Of a stretch of DNA of 64,000 nt, positions 21,094-32,239 are shown in pieces. Each line of letters starts with the position of its first letter. The stretch's first letter is position 1. The notes beneath the pieces were generated by a model. It was not told the origin of the DNA, did not search any database, and worked only from the letters and a program-made list of their open reading frames with translations. The DNA is from a virus: positions 1-64,000 of the IMG/VR virus record IMGVR_UViG_3300028844_002785; one strand, written 5' to 3'. The position numbers and the translations under genes were made by a program.

Positions 21094-22641
21094 ATGCCTT
21101 CACTAGTCACTGACAACTTCAGGGTTTTTGCTGCAGAACAGTTTATTGAATCACTTGAAGAACCATATGATAGCAGTAATAATGCGGAAGCAGATTCTTC
21201 CGCTGCAGCTCAATCATATAGGAGTAAGATCTATTTGTTTATAGGTAGATCACAAAACTGGACCCTGGAAAGATATTCAGGTCAGTCGGCAGTAACTGAG
21301 TTTGCTCCTCCAGATGTGTTTGACTCATTTAATGACTCTAATGAAGTCTATGATGATATGATTGCTGTTAAGAGGATTAACAGTACTGATGTTTCTAAAG
21401 TTATTAAAAGACTTACCTGGAAAACAGGTGTTAAGTATGATATGTATGAAAATGACTATACATCCACAAATCTGTCTTTGAATGGTCATGCAAATCTTTA
21501 TGACTCACAATCATATGTTGTAAACAGTAATTTTCAGGTTTATAAGTGCATTTACAATGGAATTAGTCCTACTTATCCACAAGGTAGAGCATCTACAGTA
21601 GAACCATCCGGTACTGCAACTTCTATTATTGAAAGTAATGCAGATGGTTATAGATGGAAGTACATGTACACCATCAATATTTCTGATTATATCAGATTTG
21701 TTTCTAGTGATTTTATGCCAGTTAGAGTTGACTCTACGGTTGCGGCAGCTGCTGTAGATGGTGCTGTAGAACAGTTAATTATTGATAATAGAGGAACTGG
21801 TAATACAGCAAATGCTACATACTACTGTCCTATTATTGGTGATGGAACAACTGATGCGATTGCAAAGATTATAATTAATTCTGGTGGTGGTATTGATACT
21901 ATTGAATCGGAAAGAGTTGGTGCTGGATATACAAGAGCAAAAGTCATATTGACTGAAGCGTATACTACATTATCTAATGCACTTTCTAGATCTGGAAGTA
22001 GTGTTTCACTATCTGGAACAGTAAGTACAGTCATTTCACCTCCTGGTGGTCATGGATCAAATCCTCCAATGGAACTTGGTGGATATAGAGTTATGATCAA
22101 TAAGAGTTTAGAGTTCTTAGATGGAGATGGTGATATTCCAGTAAATTCTCAATTTAGGAGATTTGGATTGATATCAGATCCAAAAAATGTTTCCAATACA
22201 GATTTAGTTTCGGACACAGCAACTGCTTGTTTTGCTATAAAATTTCCTGCTGTAACTAACGTCAATTTTGATGTTGGTGAAGTTATTACTCAAACAACAA
22301 CTGGTGCAAAAGGAAGAGTTATTCATTGGGACTCAATTACTAAGGTATTGAGATATTACCAGAACGAACATATTGACGAAACTCAAAGTGGTCAAAATCA
22401 ATATAAGTTGGTTCCTTTCAGTGGATCAAACATTATAACTGGTGGTACTAGTGGTACTATTGCTACACCAGATACCGCTGCATCTGGAACTGGATCATTT
22501 TTTGGTGTTGCATTTACTACTGGATATGCACAACCAGAGATTAAGAAAAATAGTGGAAACATTATTTACGTTGAAAACAGAAAAGCAGTAAACAGATCTA
22601 CCGACCAAACTGAAGATATCAAATTAGTCGTAGAATTCTAA
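21094..22641 (+). CDS. gp8: Baseplate wedge subunit gp8
   Basis: Motifs VYKCIYNG, DGYRWKYMYTI, ISPPGGHG and C-terminal TEDIKLVVEF. Confidence 0.92.
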   Translation: MPSLVTDNFRVFAAEQFIESLEEPYDSSNNAEADSSAAAQSYRSKIYLFIGRSQNWTLERYSGQSAVTEFAPPDVFDSFNDSNEVYDDMIAVKRINSTDVSKVIKRLTWKTGVKYDMYENDYTSTNLSLNGHANLYDSQSYVVNSNFQVYKCIYNGISPTYPQGRASTVEPSGTATSIIESNADGYRWKYMYTINISDYIRFVSSDFMPVRVDSTVAAAAVDGAVEQLIIDNRGTGNTANATYYCPIIGDGTTDAIAKIIINSGGGIDTIESERVGAGYTRAKVILTEAYTTLSNALSRSGSSVSLSGTVSTVISPPGGHGSNPPMELGGYRVMINKSLEFLDGDGDIPVNSQFRRFGLISDPKNVSNTDLVSDTATACFAIKFPAVTNVNFDVGEVITQTTTGAKGRVIHWDSITKVLRYYQNEHIDETQSGQNQYKLVPFSGSNIITGGTSGTIATPDTAASGTGSFFGVAFTTGYAQPEIKKNSGNIIYVENRKAVNRSTDQTEDIKLVVEF

Positions 22642-22678
22642 AATAAATAGCAAAAAGAAATCCCTGAAGGTCTTATAA

Positions 22679-25600
22679 ATGCAAGATACAAATCTCAAAA
22701 TATCACCATACTTTGATGATTTTGATCGTTCAAAAAACTATCAAAAAATTCTCTTTAAACCAGGATACTCTGTACAAACACGAGAACTTAACTCGGTGCA
22801 GAGTACTCTGCAAAATCAAATAGAAAGGTTTGGTCAACATGTATTCAAAGAGGGGTCGGTAGTAATCCCAGGAAATGTTAGCTTTGATTTAAGTTTTAAA
22901 GCCGTTCTTGTACAGGGACTCATTAACGGCATTTCTGTAGAAACTTATAGGACTAATTTAAAAGGTAAAATTATTACTGGAGTATCTTCAGGGGTTCAAG
23001 CAGAAGTTGTAGATACAATAAGTGCATCGGAATCAGAAAAAGAAACAATTACTTTATATGTAAAGTATCTTTCGGCCGGTAATATTGAAAATGATATCCA
23101 ACTAAGCACATTTAAAAATAATGAAGTTATTACTGATGAAACTGAAACTCCAGTAGCAGTAACATCTGTACAAAATGCAACTGCATATACAGGATCATCT
23201 GCAACAATTCAGTCTGGTGTTTATTTTATACGTGGATTTTTTGTAGAGGTAGCAACTCAAAAAATTATTTTAGACCAATATGCAAATAAACCTTCATATA
23301 AAATTGGTCTTCAGGTAAATGAAAGTTTGGTGACTTCTGATGATGACTCTACTATATTTGATAATGCTTTAGGTTCAACTAATTTTGCTTCTCCTGGTGC
23401 AGACAGATTAAAGATTGAACCAAAATTTGTAAAACAAAATTTAACTTTTTCAAATAGTGCTGATTTTATTGAATTACTTCGTTTAGAGAATGGGAAATCA
23501 ACTCTAACTTCACTTTCCGAGAATTCTATATATAATGAACTTGAGAAAAATTTAGCGAGAAGAACTTTTGATGAATCTGGGGATTATACAGTAAAACCAT
23601 ATAGATTCACAGTTAGAGAAGCTTTAGATACTGGAAATAATAATGGTGTTTATAAATCCGGTGAGAGAGTAAAGGATGGCAGAACAATTGTAAGAGTTCC
23701 ATCCTCAAGTGATCCAGCAGATTCAATTCTTGGAGAAGATTTTTATGCTTTAGAACTTTCTCCTGGAAAAGCATATGTTAAAGGATTTGAAGTAACTAAT
23801 GATAGAAAACAATATGCAATTGTACCCAAACCAAGAGAAACAAATACTCTCAATAATAATGGTTCTGCTTTAAATATTGGTTCGTATTTTAAAACCAATC
23901 ATTCTACAGTAAAGGGAGCGATTTCATTTCCAAATGCTATTACTCTAAAGGATGTTGACGGGATTGAGATTGGTAGAGGTATTGCGGTTGGTTTGACAGA
24001 GGGTAAACTATATACAACTGAAATTTGTACATATCAAACAATCACAATAGCTTCTGGTCAATCTCACAATTTTGCATCAAATGATTTTATGACCGGAGTT
24101 TCCTCTGGTGCTACTGGTTTTGTGAAATCTGTTTCTGGTCAGACTATTGTACTACAACAGAGTACTGGTACTTTTGTAACTGGAGAGGTTGTAACTAATA
24201 GTAGGTATACTACAGGTCAACCAACAATATCAACAATTTCCAAAGAAAAATTAGAAGATGTAAGAAAAATTGAAAAAATTTCTGGTGGATTTGAAGTACA
24301 ATTACAGTTGGAACCAGTTAAGATAAGTGGTTCTTCTTTCAGTGTAACCAGTAATAGTTTAAGTGGAATCGGAACTTCGTTTTTAGAAGAACTTTCTGCA
24401 AAATCAAAAATTAGAGTTGGTGTAACTGATGTGGAAGTTACTAGTCTTACTTCAAGTGCCGTTGTAATAGCATCAGGTGTTTCAAATGGCACTTATTATG
24501 ATGTTAAAAAATTGATTGCTAAATTTTATTCATCCAGCAATGGTTATACAACTAGAGTTTCCTCTAGACCAGTAAAAGATATTTCTGATAGTGTTGTAAA
24601 CAAATTGGTCTATACCGGTGAGTATGTAACCAGTTCTAATGGTGATTTTGTTATCCAAACATCTCCATCAGAAACTATTGATAAAAATTCAGTTGTAATT
24701 ACTACATCTACAGGACTTGCTTCTGCTGTTAATTTAGTACAACCAGCTAATTCTGGTAATGTAATTAATGTAGATACTGGTGAATCTGCAGGTGTTCCTG
24801 TTAGTGTATACTACAATAGTAGAGTTTCTAATCCAAAGATAAGAAAGAAAGAACTGGAACCATATACTTTCTTAATTGTTGATAAGATAAAGGATGGTAC
24901 TACTAATGACAATAATATCTATGGAACTAGAGTTCAGGATAAAGAAATTTCACTAAAATTTGCTGATGTATCAAAAATACATAAAATCCATGAAGCGGTT
25001 AGACCAGAAGATGATACTAGTGCATTATTAGATTCTCTTATTCTTAATACAGTATCTGGATTAAACGTTGGTGATATTATTGAAACCGATAGTATTAAAG
25101 CATATATTGTTTCCATCAATACATCAACGAATAAAGTTTATGTTACATATGAATCCACTAAATTTCAAATTGGTGACAATTTATCAATTGCTGTAACAAT
25201 TCCATCTAATAGTGATGTTGAGGATATTTTTGTTAGACAGTCTTTACATGGTAGATATATTGATATCACTGATGATTTTGTTTTTTCCAGAAATGATACT
25301 TCAGATTTCTATAAACCATCGAAACTAATCAGGAAGAAAAATTCTGCTGTTCCATCTAAAAAATTTATTGTTATTTTTGATTACTTTAAACATAGTAATT
25401 TAACTAATGATTTTTACTCTATAGAATCATATGGTGAATTAACATATAAAGATATCCCAAGATCTTCTTTATCTACATCAATGGCTGATCTTATTGATTT
25501 TAGATTCTATACACCTCATTCTACAATTTCAAGTTCCACTCAGAATGGATCATTTGAGAAACCACATAGAGAAATCAATAGTGCTTTTAATACATATGCA

Positions 25601-28600
25601 GTTAATTATACAACACAAACTGTACCATTCCCTGATACTGTGTTTTCTTCTGATGTAGAGTCATACTTGGGTAGGATTGATAGTATCTATCTAACACAAG
25701 ATGGTAAACTAAAGGTTGTGAGTGGAGCTGATTCTATAAATCCAAAGTCAACTTTAGATTCATCAGTTGGACTATTAATTGGAACTGTACAACTACCTCC
25801 ATATTTAAAGAGTGTTTTTGATGCAAAGGTAAGTTTTGAAGATAATAGACAATATACAATGAGGGATATTGGCAAGCTTGAACAAAGATTATCTAGTGTA
25901 GAAAATTACACAACATTAAGTTTACTAGAATCTAATACTGTTAATTTACAGGTTTTGGATGAGGATGGTAAAAATAGGTTCAAGAATGGTTTTATGGTAG
26001 ATAATTTTAGATCTACTAGTGTTGCTGACACCACAAATTATGATTATACAGCATCTATTGATTTAGATGAAGGTTGTGTAAGACCATATCCATATGTAAA
26101 TAATGTTGGATTTACTTTCAATGACACTAGTAGTACTTCTACTAGAACTGGCGAGTATATAACTATCCCATATACTGAGGTTGCATATGCATCTCAACCA
26201 TATGCAAGTAGAGTAGAGAATGCAACTCCATTCCTATCTTTCTCTTACATTGGAGACATGACTCTGGATCCTAAAAAAGATATTTGGTATGATACCAATA
26301 GAGAAATAATAGAAGGTCAAAGTATTGATTTATCACAGAGTATTAGTACATTATTTGATTTGGTTGTTCCTGGTGGTATTGTTTGGGGTGACTGGGATCG
26401 TGGTGCTGGTGGAACTACTCGCGGTAATGGTGGTAGAAATGTTACAGATATTAGAACTGGAACACAATACGATGTTGGAACTCTAGATGTAGAATTAGAA
26501 TCTGGTGATACTATTAATGATATTACGGATATAAGATATGCAAGATCCAGGATTGTTAATGTCTCTGTGAAAGCTTTAAAACAAAACACAGATCATGGAA
26601 TGTTTGTTGGAAGTACTGATGCATCTAGATTTACATATCCAAAAATACTAAGAAATCTAAAGAGTGATAATTCAAATAAATTTGTAGTTGGTGAACAAGT
26701 TAGATTAGTTCCAGCACTTGTATATACGCAGAGTGGAGTTAATAGGTGTATTCAAGTATTTCCAAATAGTGATAGGAGGTATATTGAAGCTACTGTTCAA
26801 GATCCAAGAACATTCCTTAGTTCTAAGGAAATTTCTACAAATGATTTTGATAGTAATGGATATACATCTAATACTACTATGTTGGTAATTGATAATATCA
26901 GAAACTGGGATAATACAGATAGTCAAGTAGTAGAACTTGGAGATGATTTTATTATTAGTGGTCAAACTTCATTGGCAAAAACTAGAGCTAATGGTGATAG
27001 AACTCAACAACTAACTTCTACTGCAAGCGGAACCCTGGAAGCATTTGTTATTATTCCACCAAGAACTTTTGAAACTGGAGACTTAGAATTTAAGTTATCT
27101 GATGATCCGAATAATTTCCAGGTTAAAAACTTAACAGGTTCTTATTCAACTGGAGTTTATTATTCACAGGGAACAGAATTAGATGTATCATCTACAATAA
27201 CTACTTTAGAAGTTCCAGAAGTTTCTATGTTTACTGTAGAAGAAAGTACTATTAGATTTATACCAGATCCTCCTCCACCACCACCACCTGCTCCACCAGG
27301 CGGCGGTGGCGGTGGTGACCCACTTGCTCAATCTTTTATAATAGAAGAAACTGGTGGTGTGTTTATTACATCTCTGGAACTTTACTTCTTAACTAAAGAT
27401 GATACTGATCCAGTAACAGTAGAATTAAGAACAGTTGAAAATGGTAGTCCAACCGCTAATATTGTTCCAGGATCTGTGGTAACGTTACCAGCTTCTAGTA
27501 TAATAACTTCCACTGATTCAACTGTTTCTACTAAATTTAATTTTGCGAATCCTATATATCTCTCTGATTTAAATGAATATGCTTTTACTATTAAAAGTAA
27601 TTCTACAAAATATAACTTGTGGGTATCTAGAGTTGGCGAGACAGATATTTCATCTGGAGTTACAATTGATAGACAACCTCATGTTGGAGTTGTATTTAAG
27701 TCTGCAAACGCTTCAACATGGATTTCAGATCAATATGAAGATGTTAAGTTTATATTAAATAGGGCAAAATTTAACACTGGAACAACTTACTCAGCAATTT
27801 TAAATAACAAAATTATTCCTTCACAAAAACTACAGTCAAATGCACTTTATATGGTGGATGGATCATCTGTAGTTAGAGTAACACAACCAAATCATGGTAT
27901 GCATCAAAATGAGAATAAGGTTAGTATAACTGGAGTTCAATCAGATACATCTTCTGGATTATTATCATCTGATATAACACCATCCGTAACTACAATTAGT
28001 ATCAATGATATTACTAATTCTTCAATTTCAGGATTAGGTACAATTGAAGGTTGGGGTACTATTAATAATACTGCAATATCCGGATCAAATGCTGGATTTA
28101 TTAAAATTGAAGACGAGATAATTTCTTATACTGGATTATCTGGAAATAGTTTAACCGGGTGTGTTAGAGGTGCCTTAGGAACTACCGCAGCAATTCACCT
28201 GTCGCAAACACCAGTACAATGTTTCCAATTGAATGGAATTCCATTGAATCAGATTAATACAGATGTACAGATAACAAACGTTATCAGTCTAGATGAATAT
28301 GAATTTACTGTAGGTTATTCTGCTAACTCAACTAAGAGGGGCGGTGGAAATGATATTCGTGCATCTAGAAATATTTCTTATGAAGTAATTACCCCAAAAA
28401 TTTCAACATTAGTTCCTCAGGATACTGTATGTCAAGTTAAATTGGGTTCTGTGTCTGGAACTAGTATTGGAAACACTAGTCAAAAATCATTTGTTCAAAA
28501 AGGATATGAATCAGTTGAGAACAATGTAGAAAATTTATTAACAGATCCTAGAATTTCACTATCACCAATTAATAATACTACATACGCTGGTGGTTCTCCT

Positions 28601-29107
28601 GGTACATTAAATACACAAATTACATTATCAACAACAAATGATTTTCTAAGTCCAGTAATTGATTTACAAGGTTCTTCTATTATTACTATTTCAAATAGAA
28701 TAAACAAAGAAACTCTTGCTAGTGGTGAGTTAGATTTAACTTCAGAACTTCTACCAGCTGGAGGAAAACACTCTTCTTATATTACTAAAAAGGTATCATT
28801 AGAAAATGAATCAACATCAATAAAAGTCTTATTTGATGCTATTAGAACTGGAAACAATGATATTAAAGTCTTTGCAAAAGTCAAAGGCGATAGTCAACCT
28901 GGATCATTTGATAATATGAGTTATATTGAAATTCCAGCAATTTCTTATCCTGCTTCAGAAACAAGTACTCAATATAGGGCATTTGATTTTGAACTTAAAA
29001 ATATTATTGAGTTCCAAGAGTTCAGTATTAAGGTAGTGATGATAGGAAATGATCAAAGTAATGTTCCTAAAATTAAAAACTTTAGGTCAATGGCATTGGC
29101 AATTTAA
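22679..29107 (+). CDS. VrlC-like (DUF4815) structural protein, 2142 aa
   Basis: Motifs PYFDDFD, FKPGYSVQTREL, PGADRLKI, ARRTFDESGDY, YTMRDIG, DPLAQSF. Confidence 0.88.
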   Translation: MQDTNLKISPYFDDFDRSKNYQKILFKPGYSVQTRELNSVQSTLQNQIERFGQHVFKEGSVVIPGNVSFDLSFKAVLVQGLINGISVETYRTNLKGKIITGVSSGVQAEVVDTISASESEKETITLYVKYLSAGNIENDIQLSTFKNNEVITDETETPVAVTSVQNATAYTGSSATIQSGVYFIRGFFVEVATQKIILDQYANKPSYKIGLQVNESLVTSDDDSTIFDNALGSTNFASPGADRLKIEPKFVKQNLTFSNSADFIELLRLENGKSTLTSLSENSIYNELEKNLARRTFDESGDYTVKPYRFTVREALDTGNNNGVYKSGERVKDGRTIVRVPSSSDPADSILGEDFYALELSPGKAYVKGFEVTNDRKQYAIVPKPRETNTLNNNGSALNIGSYFKTNHSTVKGAISFPNAITLKDVDGIEIGRGIAVGLTEGKLYTTEICTYQTITIASGQSHNFASNDFMTGVSSGATGFVKSVSGQTIVLQQSTGTFVTGEVVTNSRYTTGQPTISTISKEKLEDVRKIEKISGGFEVQLQLEPVKISGSSFSVTSNSLSGIGTSFLEELSAKSKIRVGVTDVEVTSLTSSAVVIASGVSNGTYYDVKKLIAKFYSSSNGYTTRVSSRPVKDISDSVVNKLVYTGEYVTSSNGDFVIQTSPSETIDKNSVVITTSTGLASAVNLVQPANSGNVINVDTGESAGVPVSVYYNSRVSNPKIRKKELEPYTFLIVDKIKDGTTNDNNIYGTRVQDKEISLKFADVSKIHKIHEAVRPEDDTSALLDSLILNTVSGLNVGDIIETDSIKAYIVSINTSTNKVYVTYESTKFQIGDNLSIAVTIPSNSDVEDIFVRQSLHGRYIDITDDFVFSRNDTSDFYKPSKLIRKKNSAVPSKKFIVIFDYFKHSNLTNDFYSIESYGELTYKDIPRSSLSTSMADLIDFRFYTPHSTISSSTQNGSFEKPHREINSAFNTYAVNYTTQTVPFPDTVFSSDVESYLGRIDSIYLTQDGKLKVVSGADSINPKSTLDSSVGLLIGTVQLPPYLKSVFDAKVSFEDNRQYTMRDIGKLEQRLSSVENYTTLSLLESNTVNLQVLDEDGKNRFKNGFMVDNFRSTSVADTTNYDYTASIDLDEGCVRPYPYVNNVGFTFNDTSSTSTRTGEYITIPYTEVAYASQPYASRVENATPFLSFSYIGDMTLDPKKDIWYDTNREIIEGQSIDLSQSISTLFDLVVPGGIVWGDWDRGAGGTTRGNGGRNVTDIRTGTQYDVGTLDVELESGDTINDITDIRYARSRIVNVSVKALKQNTDHGMFVGSTDASRFTYPKILRNLKSDNSNKFVVGEQVRLVPALVYTQSGVNRCIQVFPNSDRRYIEATVQDPRTFLSSKEISTNDFDSNGYTSNTTMLVIDNIRNWDNTDSQVVELGDDFIISGQTSLAKTRANGDRTQQLTSTASGTLEAFVIIPPRTFETGDLEFKLSDDPNNFQVKNLTGSYSTGVYYSQGTELDVSSTITTLEVPEVSMFTVEESTIRFIPDPPPPPPPAPPGGGGGGDPLAQSFIIEETGGVFITSLELYFLTKDDTDPVTVELRTVENGSPTANIVPGSVVTLPASSIITSTDSTVSTKFNFANPIYLSDLNEYAFTIKSNSTKYNLWVSRVGETDISSGVTIDRQPHVGVVFKSANASTWISDQYEDVKFILNRAKFNTGTTYSAILNNKIIPSQKLQSNALYMVDGSSVVRVTQPNHGMHQNENKVSITGVQSDTSSGLLSSDITPSVTTISINDITNSSISGLGTIEGWGTINNTAISGSNAGFIKIEDEIISYTGLSGNSLTGCVRGALGTTAAIHLSQTPVQCFQLNGIPLNQINTDVQITNVISLDEYEFTVGYSANSTKRGGGNDIRASRNISYEVITPKISTLVPQDTVCQVKLGSVSGTSIGNTSQKSFVQKGYESVENNVENLLTDPRISLSPINNTTYAGGSPGTLNTQITLSTTNDFLSPVIDLQGSSIITISNRINKETLASGELDLTSELLPAGGKHSSYITKKVSLENESTSIKVLFDAIRTGNNDIKVFAKVKGDSQPGSFDNMSYIEIPAISYPASETSTQYRAFDFELKNIIEFQEFSIKVVMIGNDQSNVPKIKNFRSMALAI

Positions 29108-29328
29108 TGGATAAATTAAAAGTTGAAGGTCATCCAGACCTGATAAGAGATCCAAAGTCTACTGCTGTAATAAACACCAGTAGACAGGATTACGAAGACT
29201 ATATGAATAATTATAAAATTCGTAAGATGAAAAATGATCGTGTGGATTCAATGGAATCTGACATGAAAAACATCAAAAATGAATTAGATGAAATAAAATC
29301 TCTCCTGTTAAGTTTGACTAATAGATAA
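29107..29328 (+). CDS. Conserved hypothetical protein with a coiled-coil C-terminus, 73 aa
   Basis: KVEGHPDLIRDPKSTAVIN; usual neighbour of VrlC. Confidence 0.85.
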   Translation: MDKLKVEGHPDLIRDPKSTAVINTSRQDYEDYMNNYKIRKMKNDRVDSMESDMKNIKNELDEIKSLLLSLTNR

Positions 29329-29343
29329 ATATTAAGGAGATCA

Positions 29344-29351
29344 TATAAATA
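29344..29351 (+). promoter_or_regulatory. T4-type late (gp55) promoter TATAAATA
   Basis: Exact consensus upstream of ATG 29372. Confidence 0.8.
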
Positions 29352-29371
29352 AAAACAAGTGGTAAACTCCT

Positions 29372-29698
29372 ATGGCGGCTGTTCACAATCTTTATATTGA
29401 CCAAGGGGCAGATTTTTCTGCTGATATTGGAATCTTCGATGATTTCAATACTGCTTGGAATTTGTCTGGATATACAGGCGCGGCTAAAATTAAAAAGTCA
29501 TACTATAGTTCTACGTCAACTCCATTTACAGTTTCTGTAAATGCTGCGGGAACTGTGACATTAGCTCTAACAGCAGCTAATACATCAACTCTCGCTGAGG
29601 GAAGATATTTGTATGATGTTGTGATTACATCATCTGGTGGAAGTAAGACCAGAGTCATAGAAGGTTTAGTAACTATAAACCCAGGAGTAACAACGTAA
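29372..29698 (+). CDS. Virion structural protein, 108 aa
   Basis: Motifs NLYIDQGADF, GRYLYDV, RVIEGLVTINPGVT. Confidence 0.85.
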   Translation: MAAVHNLYIDQGADFSADIGIFDDFNTAWNLSGYTGAAKIKKSYYSSTSTPFTVSVNAAGTVTLALTAANTSTLAEGRYLYDVVITSSGGSKTRVIEGLVTINPGVTT

Positions 29699-29699
29699 C

Positions 29700-29906
29700 A
29701 TGAACACGAAAGTTACAGTATCAAATCAACCGCAAGTAATCAAGGTCACATCCGGAGGAGTTAATACATTAACAAATCTATCTGACGTAAATTTTAATAA
29801 TGCAACCGATGGCGCTCTTTTACAATATGATGCAGCAAGTAATACGTGGATTGCTGAAAATGTTATCGAAAAAAGCGGTCTTAAAATAAACGGCGGCAAC
29901 TTCTAA
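29700..29906 (+). CDS. Small structural protein, 68 aa
   Basis: LSDV...DGALLQYD and C-terminal NGGNF. Confidence 0.8.
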   Translation: MNTKVTVSNQPQVIKVTSGGVNTLTNLSDVNFNNATDGALLQYDAASNTWIAENVIEKSGLKINGGNF

Positions 29907-29927
29907 TTCCCCAATAGGTATCAAAAA

Positions 29928-32003
29928 ATGGCAACTATTTTAAAGATCAAAAGATCTAGTACTAACCCAACAGCAACCCCATCAGCGCTTGGGCAAGGTG
30001 AACTTGCCTACGGTGAAGGTACTAGTACGTATACTGACGCACAGAGTGCTTCAGTAACTTCTTTCGGTAAACTATTTGTTGGTAGAGGAACCGAAACAAA
30101 TGGTGAAGCCGCTAATATTGATATTATTGGTGGTAGGTATTTTACCGACCTTTTAGATCACGGACATGGTACAATAACTGCAAACTCTGCAGCAATTGTT
30201 GACTCTGCTAACAAGGTCGATGAATGGAACGTAGATAATATTACTTTAAATGGAAATACAATTTCCACAACAAACAGTAACGGTGACCTTACAGTAGATA
30301 CCAATGGTACTGGTGATGTAATTATCTCTGGTGCGGCTACTCTAGGAACTAACACATTTAAGATTACCGATGGTTCAACTGACAGATTTGTAGTTGATTC
30401 ATTCTCTGGTGCTATAGACATTACAACTCCATCACTAAGTACTGCAGATACAGCATTAAACATTGGAACTACATGGAACAATTCTGGTGCAGTATTTTAT
30501 GGTATTGACGTTGATGTAACTAACAGTGCTTCTGCATCTGGATCAAGACTTATTAATTTATCTGTAGGTGGTGCTGATAAATTTAATGTTGATTTAAGTG
30601 GTAATGTCAGTATGACTGGCGATATCAATTTTCAGAATGCTACTAATTTTTCTCTACAAGATGATACTGCAGATGCATTTACAATTAAAGAAGGTACTAA
30701 TAAGTACGTTGATATTGATACCACAAATGGTTCTGAGTTAATTACACTTGGAACTGGTAATGTTGATATTGATAACGATCTAAACATCGATGGTGGGGAT
30801 TTAACCACCAATCAAACTACTTTTAACCTACTAGAAACAAACGCTACTACCGTCAATGCATTCGGTACTGCTACCGCAATTGACGTTGGTGCTACTTCTG
30901 GTACGTTTACTCTAAATAACCCAACTTTAGTTGGTACTCAGACAACACAGAACGTATTCAATGCAACTGCTACCACAGTTAATGCATTTGGTGCTGCTTC
31001 TGTACTAAACATTGGTGCAGCTGCTGGAACAACTACACTACGTTCTTCGACTTTAGTTGGTACTGAGACAACACAGAACGTATTCAATGCAACTGCTACC
31101 ACAGTTAATGCATTCGGCGCAGCAGCGACAATCAATATTGGTGGTGCAGCGACAGATATAGTTAACATCGGTGATGATTCTACCGAAGTTGATTTTGGTG
31201 ATCTAAGAATTCTTGGATCAACTATCTATAGTGATAATAGTAATGCTCAAACAATTACTATTGACCCATATCCTGGCGGTGGTGATGCTGGTGGTAACGT
31301 TGTTGTTCGTGGTAACTTGCAAGTTGCTGGTACTACCACAACAGTCAACTCCACCCAGATGACCATTAATGATCCTGTCTTTACATTAGGAGACAGCATC
31401 AGCGAGAAGACTGTTACTGCTGCTGCAAACAGTGGTCAAGCAGATGTTGTTCTTGATAGTGTAGATGGTTTAAATGCAGGTGATGTTGTTTCTGGAAATG
31501 CATCAGTTCCCAATGGAACTACTATTAGTTCCATCAACACTGGAACTAAAACTGTCACTCTCAGTGCAAACCTATCCAGTGGTATTGCAGCGAGTGTAAA
31601 CGAAGCAGTTGTAACACTAACCTTCACACAAGGTGCTGACGATAACCAAGACCGTGGTATTGAATTCAAGTACTATAACAGTGGACTCAAGACAGGTTTC
31701 TTTGGATACGACGAGTCTGGAACTTCTGAAGGTGGATCAACAACTTACTACTTCACATATATTCCAGATGCGACAAATGCTTCGCAAGTATTCTCCGGAA
31801 CAGTTGGTAAAGCATACTTTGATACTGTAAAACTAGAAATTGGTAACCTCAATGGTGTTCCATTCTTTGATCAGTACAAGAGACTAACCACAACTGCTAC
31901 TCCAGGTTCTGCTGATATTACTACATCAGATAAAATTCTGACTACTAATGGTGCAACTGGTGTTCCTGTATGGACAACTACTTTGGACGGTGGCACATAC
32001 TGA
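29928..32003 (+). CDS. Fibre protein (neck whisker or tail fibre type) with internal repeats, 691 aa
   Basis: N-terminal LKIKRSS..LGQGELAY; GNLQVAGTTTTVNS; C-terminal DGGTY; upstream of gp13. Confidence 0.8.
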   Translation: MATILKIKRSSTNPTATPSALGQGELAYGEGTSTYTDAQSASVTSFGKLFVGRGTETNGEAANIDIIGGRYFTDLLDHGHGTITANSAAIVDSANKVDEWNVDNITLNGNTISTTNSNGDLTVDTNGTGDVIISGAATLGTNTFKITDGSTDRFVVDSFSGAIDITTPSLSTADTALNIGTTWNNSGAVFYGIDVDVTNSASASGSRLINLSVGGADKFNVDLSGNVSMTGDINFQNATNFSLQDDTADAFTIKEGTNKYVDIDTTNGSELITLGTGNVDIDNDLNIDGGDLTTNQTTFNLLETNATTVNAFGTATAIDVGATSGTFTLNNPTLVGTQTTQNVFNATATTVNAFGAASVLNIGAAAGTTTLRSSTLVGTETTQNVFNATATTVNAFGAAATINIGGAATDIVNIGDDSTEVDFGDLRILGSTIYSDNSNAQTITIDPYPGGGDAGGNVVVRGNLQVAGTTTTVNSTQMTINDPVFTLGDSISEKTVTAAANSGQADVVLDSVDGLNAGDVVSGNASVPNGTTISSINTGTKTVTLSANLSSGIAASVNEAVVTLTFTQGADDNQDRGIEFKYYNSGLKTGFFGYDESGTSEGGSTTYYFTYIPDATNASQVFSGTVGKAYFDTVKLEIGNLNGVPFFDQYKRLTTTATPGSADITTSDKILTTNGATGVPVWTTTLDGGTY
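30924..31114 (+). repeat. Two 65-nt direct repeats (30924-30988 and 31050-31114; one mismatch; 126-nt period)
   Basis: actttagttggtact(c/g)agacaacacagaacgtattcaatgcaactgctaccacagttaatgcatt occurs twice. Confidence 0.9.
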
Positions 32004-32029
32004 TAAATAATTAAAATTATGAGGTAATT

Positions 32030-32239
32030 ATGTCTCCTGAAGAAGCGAACAATTTAATGCAAGTAATGAGTAATAAGATTAATCAATTAACACAGCAGAA
32101 CATAATTCTTGAATCCCGTGTGATGACATTATCCGCCGCGATGGAAAGTATGAAACAAGATGAATCCGGTGATGGTGGAAATTATGATGAGAACCCACCA
32201 GTAAAGCAAAATAATGGCAAAACCAAGCAGCAGGACTGA
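32030..32239 (+). CDS. Small coiled-coil protein, 69 aa
   Basis: ORF track; gagg Shine-Dalgarno. Confidence 0.75.
   Translation: MSPEEANNLMQVMSNKINQLTQQNIILESRVMTLSAAMESMKQDESGDGGNYDENPPVKQNNGKTKQQD

Noticed and set aside
27262-27320. Poly-Pro/poly-Gly tract in the VrlC-like gene as a mobile insertion or intein site
   Set aside because: It is an in-frame low-complexity linker before DPLAQSF, with no Hint motifs.
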